64,000 nucleotides of DNA, from the NCBI GenBank assembly GCA_018645005.1, contig JABGPJ010000066.1:41808-105807 (forward strand), written 5' to 3'. A program made the position numbers and the translations under genes. The notes below the pieces were generated by a model. It saw only the letters and a program-made list of their open reading frames with translations. It searched no databases and was not told where the DNA came from. Each line of letters starts with the position of its first letter. Within the stretch, counting starts at the first letter, position 1. This stretch comes from Deltaproteobacteria bacterium. Lineage in GTDB: Bacteria; SAR324; XYD2-FULL-50-16. Shown piece after piece: positions 42,381 through 52,408 of this stretch.

Positions 42381-43166
42381 ATGGAAAAAGATCAAAAAAA
42401 TCAAAACAAGCGCGAGCGTGGGGAATTTGATTTAAAACCCATTGCAGACGATGCGACCTTTCGCTTTTCCTGCCATCCCGGGATCTCATGTTTTAATGAA
42501 TGCTGCCATGAGATCGATGTGGTGTTGACACCTTTTGATGTATTGCGACTCAAGAAAAAACTGGGCATCCGCTCCGACGAATTTCTGGCTAAGTATACCG
42601 TACTTCAGTCTTTCGGAACCACCGAGGTCCCTTTGTTGAAACTGGCGGTGGCTGATGAAGAAACCCGTCAATGTGTTTTTCTAGGGGAAAAGGGCTGCTC
42701 GATCTATGACTCTCGGCCTACAGTCTGCCGGAACTATCCTACTGGTGTGGCCTCTCAGGATCCGACAGCCGGTCAAAGTGCTCAGCCTTATTTTATTATC
42801 GAAGAGGATATGTGCAAGGGGCATTTTGAAGGTCAGAACTGGTCCATCCCTGAGTGGAAAGCCAACCAGGGGGCTGCAGAACTGGATGAACTTAATAAAC
42901 CCTGGCTCGAAATGATCCCTAGGCTGAAGTCTTTGAGATTAAAAGATGATAAAGATCAAAAAATGAATATCTTTATCATGGTGAGTTTTGATCAGGATAC
43001 ATTTCGTAGTATGGTTTTTGAGAGTTCTTTTTTGGACCGTTTCGAAGTAAGCCAGGCTACTGCTGACCTGCTTAAAAACGATGAGGATGAGCTGTTGAAA
43101 TTCGGTTTTAAATGGTTGGAATTCATCCTCTTCGGCGAAGGCCCAATCAGGCCTAAAAAGCAGTGA
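42381..43166 (+). CDS. YkgJ-family (CxxCxxCC-type) cysteine-cluster protein
   Basis: FSCHPGISCFNECC, CVFL...GCSIYDSRPTVCRNYP, C-K-G. Confidence 0.85.
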   Translation: MEKDQKNQNKRERGEFDLKPIADDATFRFSCHPGISCFNECCHEIDVVLTPFDVLRLKKKLGIRSDEFLAKYTVLQSFGTTEVPLLKLAVADEETRQCVFLGEKGCSIYDSRPTVCRNYPTGVASQDPTAGQSAQPYFIIEEDMCKGHFEGQNWSIPEWKANQGAAELDELNKPWLEMIPRLKSLRLKDDKDQKMNIFIMVSFDQDTFRSMVFESSFLDRFEVSQATADLLKNDEDELLKFGFKWLEFILFGEGPIRPKKQ

Positions 43167-43243
43167 TTAAGGGCATTCAAGAGGATTTAAGTAGATTAAC
43201 GGGATTTACATGAGAATCCTTGATTTATGTCACTCAAACCCGC

Positions 43244-43271
43244 TTGACATGTGCTTTTTCTTTAGTAAAAT
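43244..43271 (+). promoter_or_regulatory. Candidate sigma70 promoter of aprBA
   Basis: TTGACA-N16-TAAAAT, 114 bp upstream of the aprB ATG. Confidence 0.55.
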
Positions 43272-43385
43272 GTGAATTGTTTTTTGTGGATCTAATGTTG
43301 GGTCCTTAAAAAAAGCAACATAATAATTTAGAAACGTTTTTATTAACCATATTTTGCAAAACGAGAACTCTTCTAGGAGACATAA

Positions 43386-43829
43386 ATGCCAAGTTTTGTG
43401 ATTACTGAGAAATGTGACGGTTGTAAAGGCCAGGACAAAACCGCTTGTATGTATATTTGTCCTCATGACCTGATGAAACTGGACATGGATTCAATGAAAG
43501 CATGGAACCAAGAACCGGTTCAGTGCTGGGAGTGCTATAACTGTGTAAAAATCTGCCCTCAACAGGCAATTGAAGTTAGATGTTATGCTGACTTTGCTCC
43601 ACTCGGGGCCGCATGTATCCCCATGAGAGGAACGGATACAATTATGTGGACCGTCAAGTTTCGCGATGGAATGATTAAAAGATTCAAGTTCCCGATCCGA
43701 ACTATCGAAGAAGGATCACTGTCAATTACTGATGGCGTGCAAGATGTCCAGGTTGACGTTAGCAAGATTAAAGAGCAGGGACTGTACACACAACAGGCTG
43801 CAGGCGTAACGTATCCCGTTCCGGCATAA
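43386..43829 (+). CDS. aprB: Adenylylsulfate reductase beta subunit
   Basis: CDGCKGQDKTACMYICP, CWECYNCVKICP, KRFKFPIRT. Confidence 0.98.
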   Translation: MPSFVITEKCDGCKGQDKTACMYICPHDLMKLDMDSMKAWNQEPVQCWECYNCVKICPQQAIEVRCYADFAPLGAACIPMRGTDTIMWTVKFRDGMIKRFKFPIRTIEEGSLSITDGVQDVQVDVSKIKEQGLYTQQAAGVTYPVPA

Positions 43830-43899
43830 CTGTTGTTTTTGAATATTTTGATTTCACCGCTTATTTTACTCATTACAACCTTTTAGGAGTGTTAGCGTA

Positions 43900-45870
43900 A
43901 TGGAACCCAAAGTTAATAATTTTGAACATATTGAAAAGCCGGAGATCGTCGTCCATGAGACCGATCTTCTGTTGATCGGTGGTGGTATGGCAGCCTGTGG
44001 TACTGCATATGAAGCAGACAAATGGGCCAGCCCCCAGGGTATTAGAGTTACTATGGTTGATAAAGCAGCAGTTGATAGAAGTGGTGCTGTGGCCATGGGA
44101 CTTTCTGCAATCAATACGTATGTTGGCGAAAACAATGCTGCTGACTTCGTTAAGTACGTTCGACAGGACTTGATGGGTATTACCCGTGAAGACCTTGTTT
44201 ATGACCTGGCTCGCTGGGTTGATGATTCTGTTCATCTCTTTGAAGACTGGGGACTGCCCGTCTGGAAGAAAGGTGATGACAATGAATCTCTGGACGGACA
44301 TCAGGCTGCTAAAGCCGGCAAGCCTTCCCTGCGTGAAGGTGGAAAGCCAGTTCGTTCTGGTAAATGGCAGATCATGATCAACGGTGAATCCTACAAAGTG
44401 ATCGTTGGTGAAGCTGGAAAAGCTGGTCTGGAAGCAAACAGAGTTGCAACAGGTGTTGAGCAGAACCTTTTTGAGCGTGTTTTCATCATCAAAGTCCTGA
44501 ATGATAAAGATGATCCTACAAAAGTAGCTGGTGCAGTCGGTTTTAGCGTCAGGGAAAACAAGCTTTATATCTTTAAGTGCAAAACAGCACTTCTTGGCTG
44601 TGGTGGCTGTGTGAACTTCTTTAGAGGTCGTGCTACAGCTGAAGGTCAAGGTCGTGCATGGTTTCCTGTCTGGAACTCTGGCTCTAACTACGCCATGGGT
44701 GCTGAGGCTGGTGCTGAACTGGTCCTGATGGAAAATCGTTTCGTCCCTGCCCGTTTCAAGGATGGTTATGGTCCTGTAGGTGCTTGGTTTCTGCTTTTTA
44801 AAGCGAAGGCTACCAACGCACTGGGCGAAGATTACTGCGTGACAAACGCTGATGAAGCCAGAAAGTATTACGGCAAATATGTTGATGCGATCGGTACCTG
44901 TATGCGGAACCACATGATGATCATCGACATGAAAGCTGGTAAAGGTCCAATCAAGATTCATACTGATGTTGCTCTGCAAACACTGGGTGAAACTCTGGAC
45001 AAAAAAGCCATGAAGCATCTGGAAGCAGAAGCTTGGGAAGATTTCCTGGATATGTCAATATCTCAGGCTGGTGTATGGGCTGCTAACAACATGGCGCCTG
45101 AAAAAGTACCGTCTGAATTGATGCCTTCTGAGCCTTATATGTTGGGTTCACACGCTGGTTGCGCTGGCCTTTGGGTTAGTGGCCCTGGCGATTTCGGTCC
45201 TGCGGATTATTTCTGGGGATACAACAGAATGACCACCGTTAAAGGTCTGTTTACAGCTGGTGACGGTGCTGGTGCTTCCGGTCACAAGTTCTCTTCCGGT
45301 TCGCATGCTGAAGGTCGTGTAGCTGGAAAATCCATGGTTGCTTACTGCATGGATAATCCTGATATGCCTGCTTTCGCTGAAACAGAAGACGAATTGGCTG
45401 CTGAAGTATTCTTGCCAATGGAAACCTATGCCAAGTTCAGTGGTTATACCACTGATCCTGACATCAACCCCGAGTACATCCGTCCGGTTATGGTGCAGCA
45501 ACGTCTGCAGAAGATCATGGACGAGTATGTGGGTGGCACAAGTACTTACTACATGACCAGTGGAACCATGCTGACTGAAGGACTGAGCTACCTGGAAATG
45601 TTGAAAGAAGATGAAGTGCATATGGCTGCTGAGGATCTTCATGAACTGCTGAGAGCTTGGGAAAATCATCACAGAATTGTTGCTGCTGAAGCTCATGCAC
45701 AGCACATTCTGTTTAGAGAAGAAACTCGTTATCCTGGCTATTACTATCGTGGCGATTTTCTGGCTATTGATGATGAAAACTGGAAGTGTTTCACAAACTC
45801 AACCTATGATAAGAACACTAGAGAATTTAAAGTTTTCAAGCGTGATTATCATCAGATCATCCCTGAGTAA
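43900..45870 (+). CDS. aprA: Adenylylsulfate reductase alpha subunit
   Basis: RSGAVAMGLSAINTY, WQIMINGESYK, RFKDGYGPVGAWF, GHKFSSGSHAEGR, ETRYPGYYYR. Confidence 0.98.
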   Translation: MEPKVNNFEHIEKPEIVVHETDLLLIGGGMAACGTAYEADKWASPQGIRVTMVDKAAVDRSGAVAMGLSAINTYVGENNAADFVKYVRQDLMGITREDLVYDLARWVDDSVHLFEDWGLPVWKKGDDNESLDGHQAAKAGKPSLREGGKPVRSGKWQIMINGESYKVIVGEAGKAGLEANRVATGVEQNLFERVFIIKVLNDKDDPTKVAGAVGFSVRENKLYIFKCKTALLGCGGCVNFFRGRATAEGQGRAWFPVWNSGSNYAMGAEAGAELVLMENRFVPARFKDGYGPVGAWFLLFKAKATNALGEDYCVTNADEARKYYGKYVDAIGTCMRNHMMIIDMKAGKGPIKIHTDVALQTLGETLDKKAMKHLEAEAWEDFLDMSISQAGVWAANNMAPEKVPSELMPSEPYMLGSHAGCAGLWVSGPGDFGPADYFWGYNRMTTVKGLFTAGDGAGASGHKFSSGSHAEGRVAGKSMVAYCMDNPDMPAFAETEDELAAEVFLPMETYAKFSGYTTDPDINPEYIRPVMVQQRLQKIMDEYVGGTSTYYMTSGTMLTEGLSYLEMLKEDEVHMAAEDLHELLRAWENHHRIVAAEAHAQHILFREETRYPGYYYRGDFLAIDDENWKCFTNSTYDKNTREFKVFKRDYHQIIPE

Positions 45871-45932
45871 TCCAGAGCCATCTGGTCTGGTATCTGCTGC
45901 GTAAGCTGCAGGTACCAGTTGTGTGAAAGACG

Positions 45933-45979
45933 ACAGAGTGGTGTCTTAGGAAAAACTTCGATGCCACTCTGTTTTTTTT
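45933..45979 (+). terminator. Intrinsic terminator between aprA and qmoA
   Basis: ACAGAGTGGTGTC...GATGCCACTCTGT stem followed by T-run. Confidence 0.7.
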
Positions 45980-46119
45980 AATGTATGAGACGATCACCTC
46001 ATCAGATTCAATCCGGAAGTAAATATTTTAGTTCCAAACCGGTAAGACAGGTTTTAACACACAAAGCGAAAGAATTATTCACAATATTTAACTATCCGAT
46101 CCAACTACAAGGGAATTGA

Positions 46120-47373
46120 ATGGCAGAACAAAAAGGAAAGATATTAGTAATCGGTGGTGGAATCAGTGGTGTTTCTACAGCACTGGAAGCAGCCGAGGTC
46201 GGTTATGACGTAATTCTGGTTGAAAAAAATCCTTCCCTAGGAGGTCGAGTTTCCAGGTTTTATCAATATTTCCCAAAACTATGCCCTCCCCTTTGCGGAC
46301 TGGAAATCAACTACAAAAGACTGAAGCCGAACCCATATATACAAACACTCACAAACTCAGAAGTCGAGTCGATTTCCGGAGAACCTGGGAAATATCAGGT
46401 TAAAATCACGACAAATCCAACTTTCGTGAATGAGAAATGCGTCATTTGCGATAAATGTACGGAAGTTTGTCCATCGGAAAGAGAAAGTGAGCACAATTAC
46501 GGTTTGGATAAAACCAAAGCGATTTTTATACCGCATAAGATGGCCTATCCAGCTCGATTTACTATCGATAGGGACGCCTGCGATCCGTCATGCTCAAAAT
46601 GTGTTGAAGCATGCGAATACGATGCAATTGATCTGCAGATGCAACCCAAAACAACCGATATCGAAGTGGCAGCTATCGTTTATGCAACTGGATGGAAACC
46701 TTACGATGCCAATAAAATTGACAATCTTGGATTCGGGAAAGTTGAAAATGTGATCAACAACGTGATGATGGAGCGGATCGCTCATGGTCAAGGCCCCACT
46801 CAAGGCCAACTCCTGCGTCCGTCGGATCAGAAAAAAGCGGATTCGATCGCTTTCGTACAGTGTGCCGGGTCCAGGGATGAAAATCACCTGCCCTATTGTT
46901 CCGCTGTTTGCTGCCTGGCCTCATTGAAACAGGCCCGCTACGCAAGACTGGCGAATCCGGATGCAAAAATTTATATTTTCTACATTGATATTCGCTCACC
47001 TGGTAAATACGAAGATTTTGCGACTGAAATTCAAAAGGATGAGAACATCATCATGGTCAAAGGGAAAGTTGCCAAAGTGACCCAGGGCCAGGGCGGGAAT
47101 GTTGTTGTAGAAGCGGAAGATATCCTGAACGGCGGAAAAGTCAGCCTGGAAGTGGATATGGTTGTTTTGGCAACTGGAATGGAGTCCAGCATGAAGGGGG
47201 CAAATTTGCCGGATGTGGTTCAACTGGATGAAAACGGTTTTGTTGCACCAAATTTACAAAATCACGGGATCCTGTCCGCAGGAGTGGCAAAATTCCCAGG
47301 CGATGTTAACAGTTCTATTCAAGATTCAACCGGAGCAGCTTTAAAAGCGATTCAAACTGTAGTGGGGAATTAA
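46120..47373 (+). CDS. qmoA: Quinone-interacting membrane oxidoreductase subunit A (HdrA-like)
   Basis: GGGISG FAD motif, YFPKLCPPLCG, QCAGSRD..LPYCSAVCC; follows aprA. Confidence 0.93.
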   Translation: MAEQKGKILVIGGGISGVSTALEAAEVGYDVILVEKNPSLGGRVSRFYQYFPKLCPPLCGLEINYKRLKPNPYIQTLTNSEVESISGEPGKYQVKITTNPTFVNEKCVICDKCTEVCPSERESEHNYGLDKTKAIFIPHKMAYPARFTIDRDACDPSCSKCVEACEYDAIDLQMQPKTTDIEVAAIVYATGWKPYDANKIDNLGFGKVENVINNVMMERIAHGQGPTQGQLLRPSDQKKADSIAFVQCAGSRDENHLPYCSAVCCLASLKQARYARLANPDAKIYIFYIDIRSPGKYEDFATEIQKDENIIMVKGKVAKVTQGQGGNVVVEAEDILNGGKVSLEVDMVVLATGMESSMKGANLPDVVQLDENGFVAPNLQNHGILSAGVAKFPGDVNSSIQDSTGAALKAIQTVVGN

Positions 47374-47377
47374 AAAT

Positions 47378-49534
47378 ATGGAAAAAAAGATAGGAGTTTA
47401 TATTTGTTCTGGATGCGATATTGATAAAGCGGTAGAGACAGAAGGACTGGAAAAAGTGGCGGCCAATGAATACAAGGTCCCGGTTTGTAAAACCCATCCT
47501 TTTCTGTGCAGCCAAGAAGGAATTCAGCTTTTAAAAGACGACCAGAAAAACGAAGGTGTTAATTGTTTTGTGATTGCTGCCTGCTCATCCCGATATCATC
47601 AGAACGATTTTGATATGGGCAAGGAATCTATAATAGTCAGAACCCCCATTCGTGAACAGGTTGCCTGGATTCTGGAGCCGCGGGATGCGGAAGGCAAAGT
47701 TAACGAAGATACACAGATGGCCGCGGAAGATTACATACGCATGTACACTTCCAGAGTCCGTTTGACCAATATCCCGGAACCGTATCAGCAGGAAGAAACA
47801 GATAAGAGTCTGATCGTTATCGGCGGAGGGGTTGCCGGGATGACTGCCTCTATCGAAGCGGCTAAAGCCGGGTATAAAATTAACCTGATTGAGAAGTCCA
47901 ACCAACTGGGTGGATTTGCTTTAAATGACAAAAGCATTATTCCGACACAGATGCCTTTTGAAGATCTGATGCCGAATAATGTGAGCGAATTGATTGCTGA
48001 AACAGAAGCTATCAAAAATATCACTGTGCACAAGTCCAGCACAGTTGCATCTATTGCGGGGGAACCCGGTGCGTTTCAAGTAAAACTGGAAAATGCTGCA
48101 GCAACTGAGTTTAAAGCGGGCGCTGTTGTGATGGCTTCTGGAGCAACACCCTATGATGCGAGTAAATTAACAGATCTGGGTATTGCTTTTGACAATGTTG
48201 TCAGCAGCATCGAATTTGAGGAGATGGCAAAATCGGGTGCCTTGAAAAGAGCGGATGGACAGCCGGTGAAAAGTGTGGCTTTTATCCAATGCGCTGGGTC
48301 CAGGGATGAAGACCATCTGCCTTACTGTTCTTCTACCTGCTGCATGACATCCTTGAAACAGGCGGCCTATGTCAGGGAACTGGATAGTGAAGCCAAAGCA
48401 TATATTATATATAAGGACATGCGTACGCCAGGTCAGTATGAGGCTTTCTATCGTAAACAGCAGGACGACCCTGGTGTTTTCATGACGAAGGGAAAGGTTG
48501 TGGCAGTCAATGAACTGTCTGACAAAAAAGTAGGCATTGATGTCGATGAGTCACTATTGGGCGAAAATATTCAGCTGCAGGCTGATCTGGTGGTGCTCGC
48601 TATCGGCCAGGTGCCTTCTACTCTGGAAGAGGGTTCAATCCTGAACCTGCAGTATCGACAGGGACCGGATATGCCGGACTTGAAGTATGGATATCCAGAC
48701 TCCCATTTTGTCTGTTTTCCGTATGAAACTAGAAGAACTGGAATTTATGCTGCAGGAACGGTCCGACAACCAATGGATAATAATTTCGCTGTCAGGGATG
48801 CTACAGGTGCGGCTCTAAAGGCGATACAGGCGGTTGAAATGGCCGATCTCGGTCAACGGATGCACCCCAGATCAGGCGATTTGACTTTTATGTCACCGGA
48901 TCTTTCTCGCTGTACAGACTGTAAGCGATGTACAGAAGAGTGCCCTTTCGGGGCCATTGATGAAAATGAAAAAGGGACCCCTCTGCCAAACTCGGCTCGT
49001 TGTCGAAGTTGTGGTATTTGTATGGGAGCCTGTCCTGAGAGAGTGATCTCATTTGCAGACTATAGTGTTTCGATTCTGTCTGAAATGATCAAAAATATCG
49101 AAATTCCCGATGAAGATGACGAAAAACCAAGAGTGGTTGTTTTCATCTGTGAAAATGATGCGATGCCGGCACTTGAGCAAATGGCCATGGATCGACAAAA
49201 AATCAGTCCGTTTGTTCGGTTTATTCCATTGAGATGTCTGGGTGGTAATAACCTGGTCTTCGTATCGGATGCCCTGTCTGTTGGCGTTGACGGTATGATG
49301 TATATGGGCTGCAAGCATGGTGATGATTATCAGTGCCACTTCATCAAGGGTAGTGAATTGTGTGACGAGCGGCTGGGCAAGGTTCAAGAAACCATCGGTA
49401 GACTCGCGCTGGAATCGGAAAGGATTCAGCAGTTCGAAATCAGCTTGAATGATGCACCAAAGCTGCCTCAAATAATCGCTGATTTTATGGAAGAGCTGGA
49501 AGATTACGGCCCCAATCCGTTTAAGGGTATGTAA
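47378..49534 (+). CDS. qmoB: Qmo subunit B (HdrA plus MvhD-like)
   Basis: QCAGSRD, CFPYETRRTGIY, CTDCKRCTEECPFG, GCKHGDDYQCHF, GPNPFKG. Confidence 0.95.
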   Translation: MEKKIGVYICSGCDIDKAVETEGLEKVAANEYKVPVCKTHPFLCSQEGIQLLKDDQKNEGVNCFVIAACSSRYHQNDFDMGKESIIVRTPIREQVAWILEPRDAEGKVNEDTQMAAEDYIRMYTSRVRLTNIPEPYQQEETDKSLIVIGGGVAGMTASIEAAKAGYKINLIEKSNQLGGFALNDKSIIPTQMPFEDLMPNNVSELIAETEAIKNITVHKSSTVASIAGEPGAFQVKLENAAATEFKAGAVVMASGATPYDASKLTDLGIAFDNVVSSIEFEEMAKSGALKRADGQPVKSVAFIQCAGSRDEDHLPYCSSTCCMTSLKQAAYVRELDSEAKAYIIYKDMRTPGQYEAFYRKQQDDPGVFMTKGKVVAVNELSDKKVGIDVDESLLGENIQLQADLVVLAIGQVPSTLEEGSILNLQYRQGPDMPDLKYGYPDSHFVCFPYETRRTGIYAAGTVRQPMDNNFAVRDATGAALKAIQAVEMADLGQRMHPRSGDLTFMSPDLSRCTDCKRCTEECPFGAIDENEKGTPLPNSARCRSCGICMGACPERVISFADYSVSILSEMIKNIEIPDEDDEKPRVVVFICENDAMPALEQMAMDRQKISPFVRFIPLRCLGGNNLVFVSDALSVGVDGMMYMGCKHGDDYQCHFIKGSELCDERLGKVQETIGRLALESERIQQFEISLNDAPKLPQIIADFMEELEDYGPNPFKGM

Positions 49535-49705
49535 CCCGTGAACATTTTGAATTTTTGATTGAACATTCACTGTCATTTTGACCAATTCCAGTTTGTGTCA
49601 AAATGACATCTGTTATCTGACAATCTGTGGAACGTTAGTGATTTATTGGATAGTGTCTATATCCTGAGAAGATTGTCGAATACCAAATAATTGGAGGTTT
49701 TTCGA

Positions 49706-50914
49706 ATGTCAGACCGAGTATTAATCAATGCGGATTTGAAGTTTGTAGAGGGAGTAATGAAAGCAGGTGGGGAAGACCTGAATAAATGCTATCAATGCTC
49801 AACCTGCACGGTCGTTTGCCCACTTACTCCTGAAGGGGCTCCGTTCCCCAGAAAAGAGATGATAGCCGCACAGTGGGGTATCAAAGACAAACTGATCAAA
49901 AGTATGGACCCCTGGCTGTGCTTCCACTGTAATGACTGTTCAGAGCAGTGTCCGAGAGGAGCTAAACCAGGTGACGTGATGGCTGCGATTCGCAACATGA
50001 TTATTGCAAATGTAGCGGTTCCGTCCTTTCTGGGCAAATTAACCCAATCTGCCGGTGGCGCACTGGGACTGTTACTGTTCCCGATCATCCTGATTGCCGC
50101 TGTGATTTTTATGGTTAATGGTGGGGAAATGGCGTTTTTGGATAATCCGGTAATCGATTTTCACAAAAATATGATTTCTCAACTGGCCATTGAAATGATT
50201 TATATTCCGGCACTATTCTTTGGAATAATTACGGGTCTGTTAGGGGTCAAAAATTTGATAGCGGGCTTAAGCGAAACCTATCCTAAGACTGATAAAGGGG
50301 AAGCCCTGGTACCTGCCATCATCGGAACGGTGAAAGATATTCTGAGCCATAAAAAATTCAGGGAATGTGGGGTGAACCAGAGTCGGAATATTGCGCATAT
50401 GTTTCTGTTTTATGCTTTTATCGGCCTGGCGATCACGACCGCAGGTGTAACCGGGATTTATTATATCAACCTGTTTGCCGGCTCCAATGTTGTGACGCCG
50501 ACGCCACTGCCGTTCTTTCATCCCATCAAAATCATTGGTAACGTCAGTGCTCTGGCAGCTTCAATTGGTATCCTGTTGATTGTTTACAGAAGATTGACCG
50601 CCGAAAACGTCGGGAATACGGTTGCGTTTGACTGGATTTTCATCGTGAACATTCTGCTAATTGTAGCAACGGGTATCTTGGCACAAACAGTTCGGGTGGC
50701 TGGAAGTCAGGCTTCATACTTCATCTATTATTGCCATCTGGTTTTAGTTTTCTATCTCTTCATGTATATGCCACACTCGAAGTTCGGTCATATGTTTTAT
50801 CGAACTGCCGCTTTGGTCTATTCACGCTACTCAGGTCGTGAGAAAAGTATCGGGATGACTTTTCTGGAAGGGAAACAACAAGAACAACTTGAAGAATCAG
50901 ACAAAGTTGCATAA
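49706..50914 (+). CDS. qmoC: Qmo membrane subunit C (HdrC-like Fe-S domain plus TM domain)
   Basis: CYQCSTCTVVCP, PFPRKEM..AQWG, CFHCNDCSEQCPRG, TM helices, SKFGHMFYR; GGAGG RBS before ATG 49706. Confidence 0.94.
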   Translation: MSDRVLINADLKFVEGVMKAGGEDLNKCYQCSTCTVVCPLTPEGAPFPRKEMIAAQWGIKDKLIKSMDPWLCFHCNDCSEQCPRGAKPGDVMAAIRNMIIANVAVPSFLGKLTQSAGGALGLLLFPIILIAAVIFMVNGGEMAFLDNPVIDFHKNMISQLAIEMIYIPALFFGIITGLLGVKNLIAGLSETYPKTDKGEALVPAIIGTVKDILSHKKFRECGVNQSRNIAHMFLFYAFIGLAITTAGVTGIYYINLFAGSNVVTPTPLPFFHPIKIIGNVSALAASIGILLIVYRRLTAENVGNTVAFDWIFIVNILLIVATGILAQTVRVAGSQASYFIYYCHLVLVFYLFMYMPHSKFGHMFYRTAALVYSRYSGREKSIGMTFLEGKQQEQLEESDKVA

Positions 50915-51014
50915 CAGTTTGCAGGTTTTGTAGTCTTTGTTGATCAATCTGTCACATCTGCCGCGATTCCTTTCGCGATAGATTTTTTTGAATAAAAACT
51001 GGGAGATACAGAAT

Positions 51015-52280
51015 ATGTCAAATTTAATAGCTCCGCATGGCGGAAAAGGTTTGGTTTGTGCGTTGCTGGAAGGCGCTGCACTGGAAGCGGAAAAGCAAAA
51101 AGCTGCAGGTTTGAAGCAACTTTCAATTTCAGGTCGTGAAAATGGTGACCTGATCATGATGGGTATCGGTGGATTCAGCCCTCTGAACGGTTTTATGGGA
51201 AAAGCTTCCTGGAAGCGCGTTTGTGAAGAATACTTGCTTGAAGATGGCACATTCTGGCCGATTCCGGTGACGCTGTCAGCCGATAAGGCAGATGCCGATG
51301 CGATCAATATTGGTGATGAAATCGCTCTGGTCAACCCTGATGGCGAAACAATGGCCACTATGAAGGTTGAAGAGAAGTTTGAAATGAGCGAAGCCGATAA
51401 GAAATGGGAATGTGAAAAATGCTATAAAGGCAAAGGTGAAGAAAGTGCAGACGATAAATTCTGGGAAATAGCCATGGAAGATCATCCTGGCGTTCAGATG
51501 GTAATGGGACAAAAAGACGTTAACCTGGCTGGCCCTGTTAAGGTACTTGGCGAAGGCGATTTCCGCGAAAGATTCCCTGGTGTATATATGTCACCGGCCG
51601 AAAGCCGCGCGATTTTTGAGAAAAAAGGCTGGTCAACTATTGCCGCTCTGCAACTCAGAAACCCGATGCACAGATCTCATGAGCATCTGGCCAAAATTGC
51701 GGCTGACGTATGTGATGGTGTTTTTATTCATTCACTGGTGGGCGCTTTGAAGCCTGGTGATATCCCGGCTGAAGTACGTATCGAGTGTATCGATACGTTG
51801 ATTGACGGCTATTTTGTCAAGGAAAACGTTGTTCAGGGTGGTTACCCCCTCGACATGCGCTATGCAGGACCGAGAGAAGGTCTGCTGCATGCCACTTTCA
51901 GACAAAACTATGGTGTCTCCAAAATGATTATTGGTCGTGACCATGCAGGCGTTGGTGATTTCTACGGTCTGTTTGATGCTCAGACCATTTTTGATGAAAT
52001 TCCAAAGCCTGAGGATGATGGTAAACGCCTGCTTTGTGAGCCACTGAAAATCGACTGGACCTTTTACTGCAAAACTTGTGATGGAATGGCGTCTCTCCGA
52101 ACATGTCCTCATGACGACTCAGTCCGTGTTAAACTTAGTGGAACCAAGCTGAGAAAAGCGTTGTCAGAAGGAACCGAGGTTGTAGATCATTTTGGTCGGG
52201 AAGAAGTCCTGGTTATTCTGAGAAAATACTATGCTGGCTTGAAGGACAAAGTTGAAATTAAGATGCATAACAAAGTCTAG
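51015..52280 (+). CDS. sat: Sulfate adenylyltransferase
   Basis: [46 protein letters not shown]. Confidence 0.98.
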   Translation: MSNLIAPHGGKGLVCALLEGAALEAEKQKAAGLKQLSISGRENGDLIMMGIGGFSPLNGFMGKASWKRVCEEYLLEDGTFWPIPVTLSADKADADAINIGDEIALVNPDGETMATMKVEEKFEMSEADKKWECEKCYKGKGEESADDKFWEIAMEDHPGVQMVMGQKDVNLAGPVKVLGEGDFRERFPGVYMSPAESRAIFEKKGWSTIAALQLRNPMHRSHEHLAKIAADVCDGVFIHSLVGALKPGDIPAEVRIECIDTLIDGYFVKENVVQGGYPLDMRYAGPREGLLHATFRQNYGVSKMIIGRDHAGVGDFYGLFDAQTIFDEIPKPEDDGKRLLCEPLKIDWTFYCKTCDGMASLRTCPHDDSVRVKLSGTKLRKALSEGTEVVDHFGREEVLVILRKYYAGLKDKVEIKMHNKV

Positions 52281-52408
52281 TGATTGATTGATCACTGGAA
52301 AGTGTCTTTTAGCTTTAGGTGCGCCAATAGGCGCACCGTCAGAAGTTGTTTTCTACCCTGACACGCAATTTTTAAGACGAATTATCAGAAATTAAGGAGA
52401 ATCTAATC

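Noticed and set aside
43873..45705. Long antisense ORFs over aprA (and similar ones over dsrA, dsrB, dsrL)
   Set aside because: Shadow frames of codon-biased genes with no recognisable motifs
46120..50914. Methanogen-type heterodisulfide reductase or selenoproteins
   Set aside because: Order and domains fit QmoABC after aprA; no HdrB and no in-frame TGA in these ORFs
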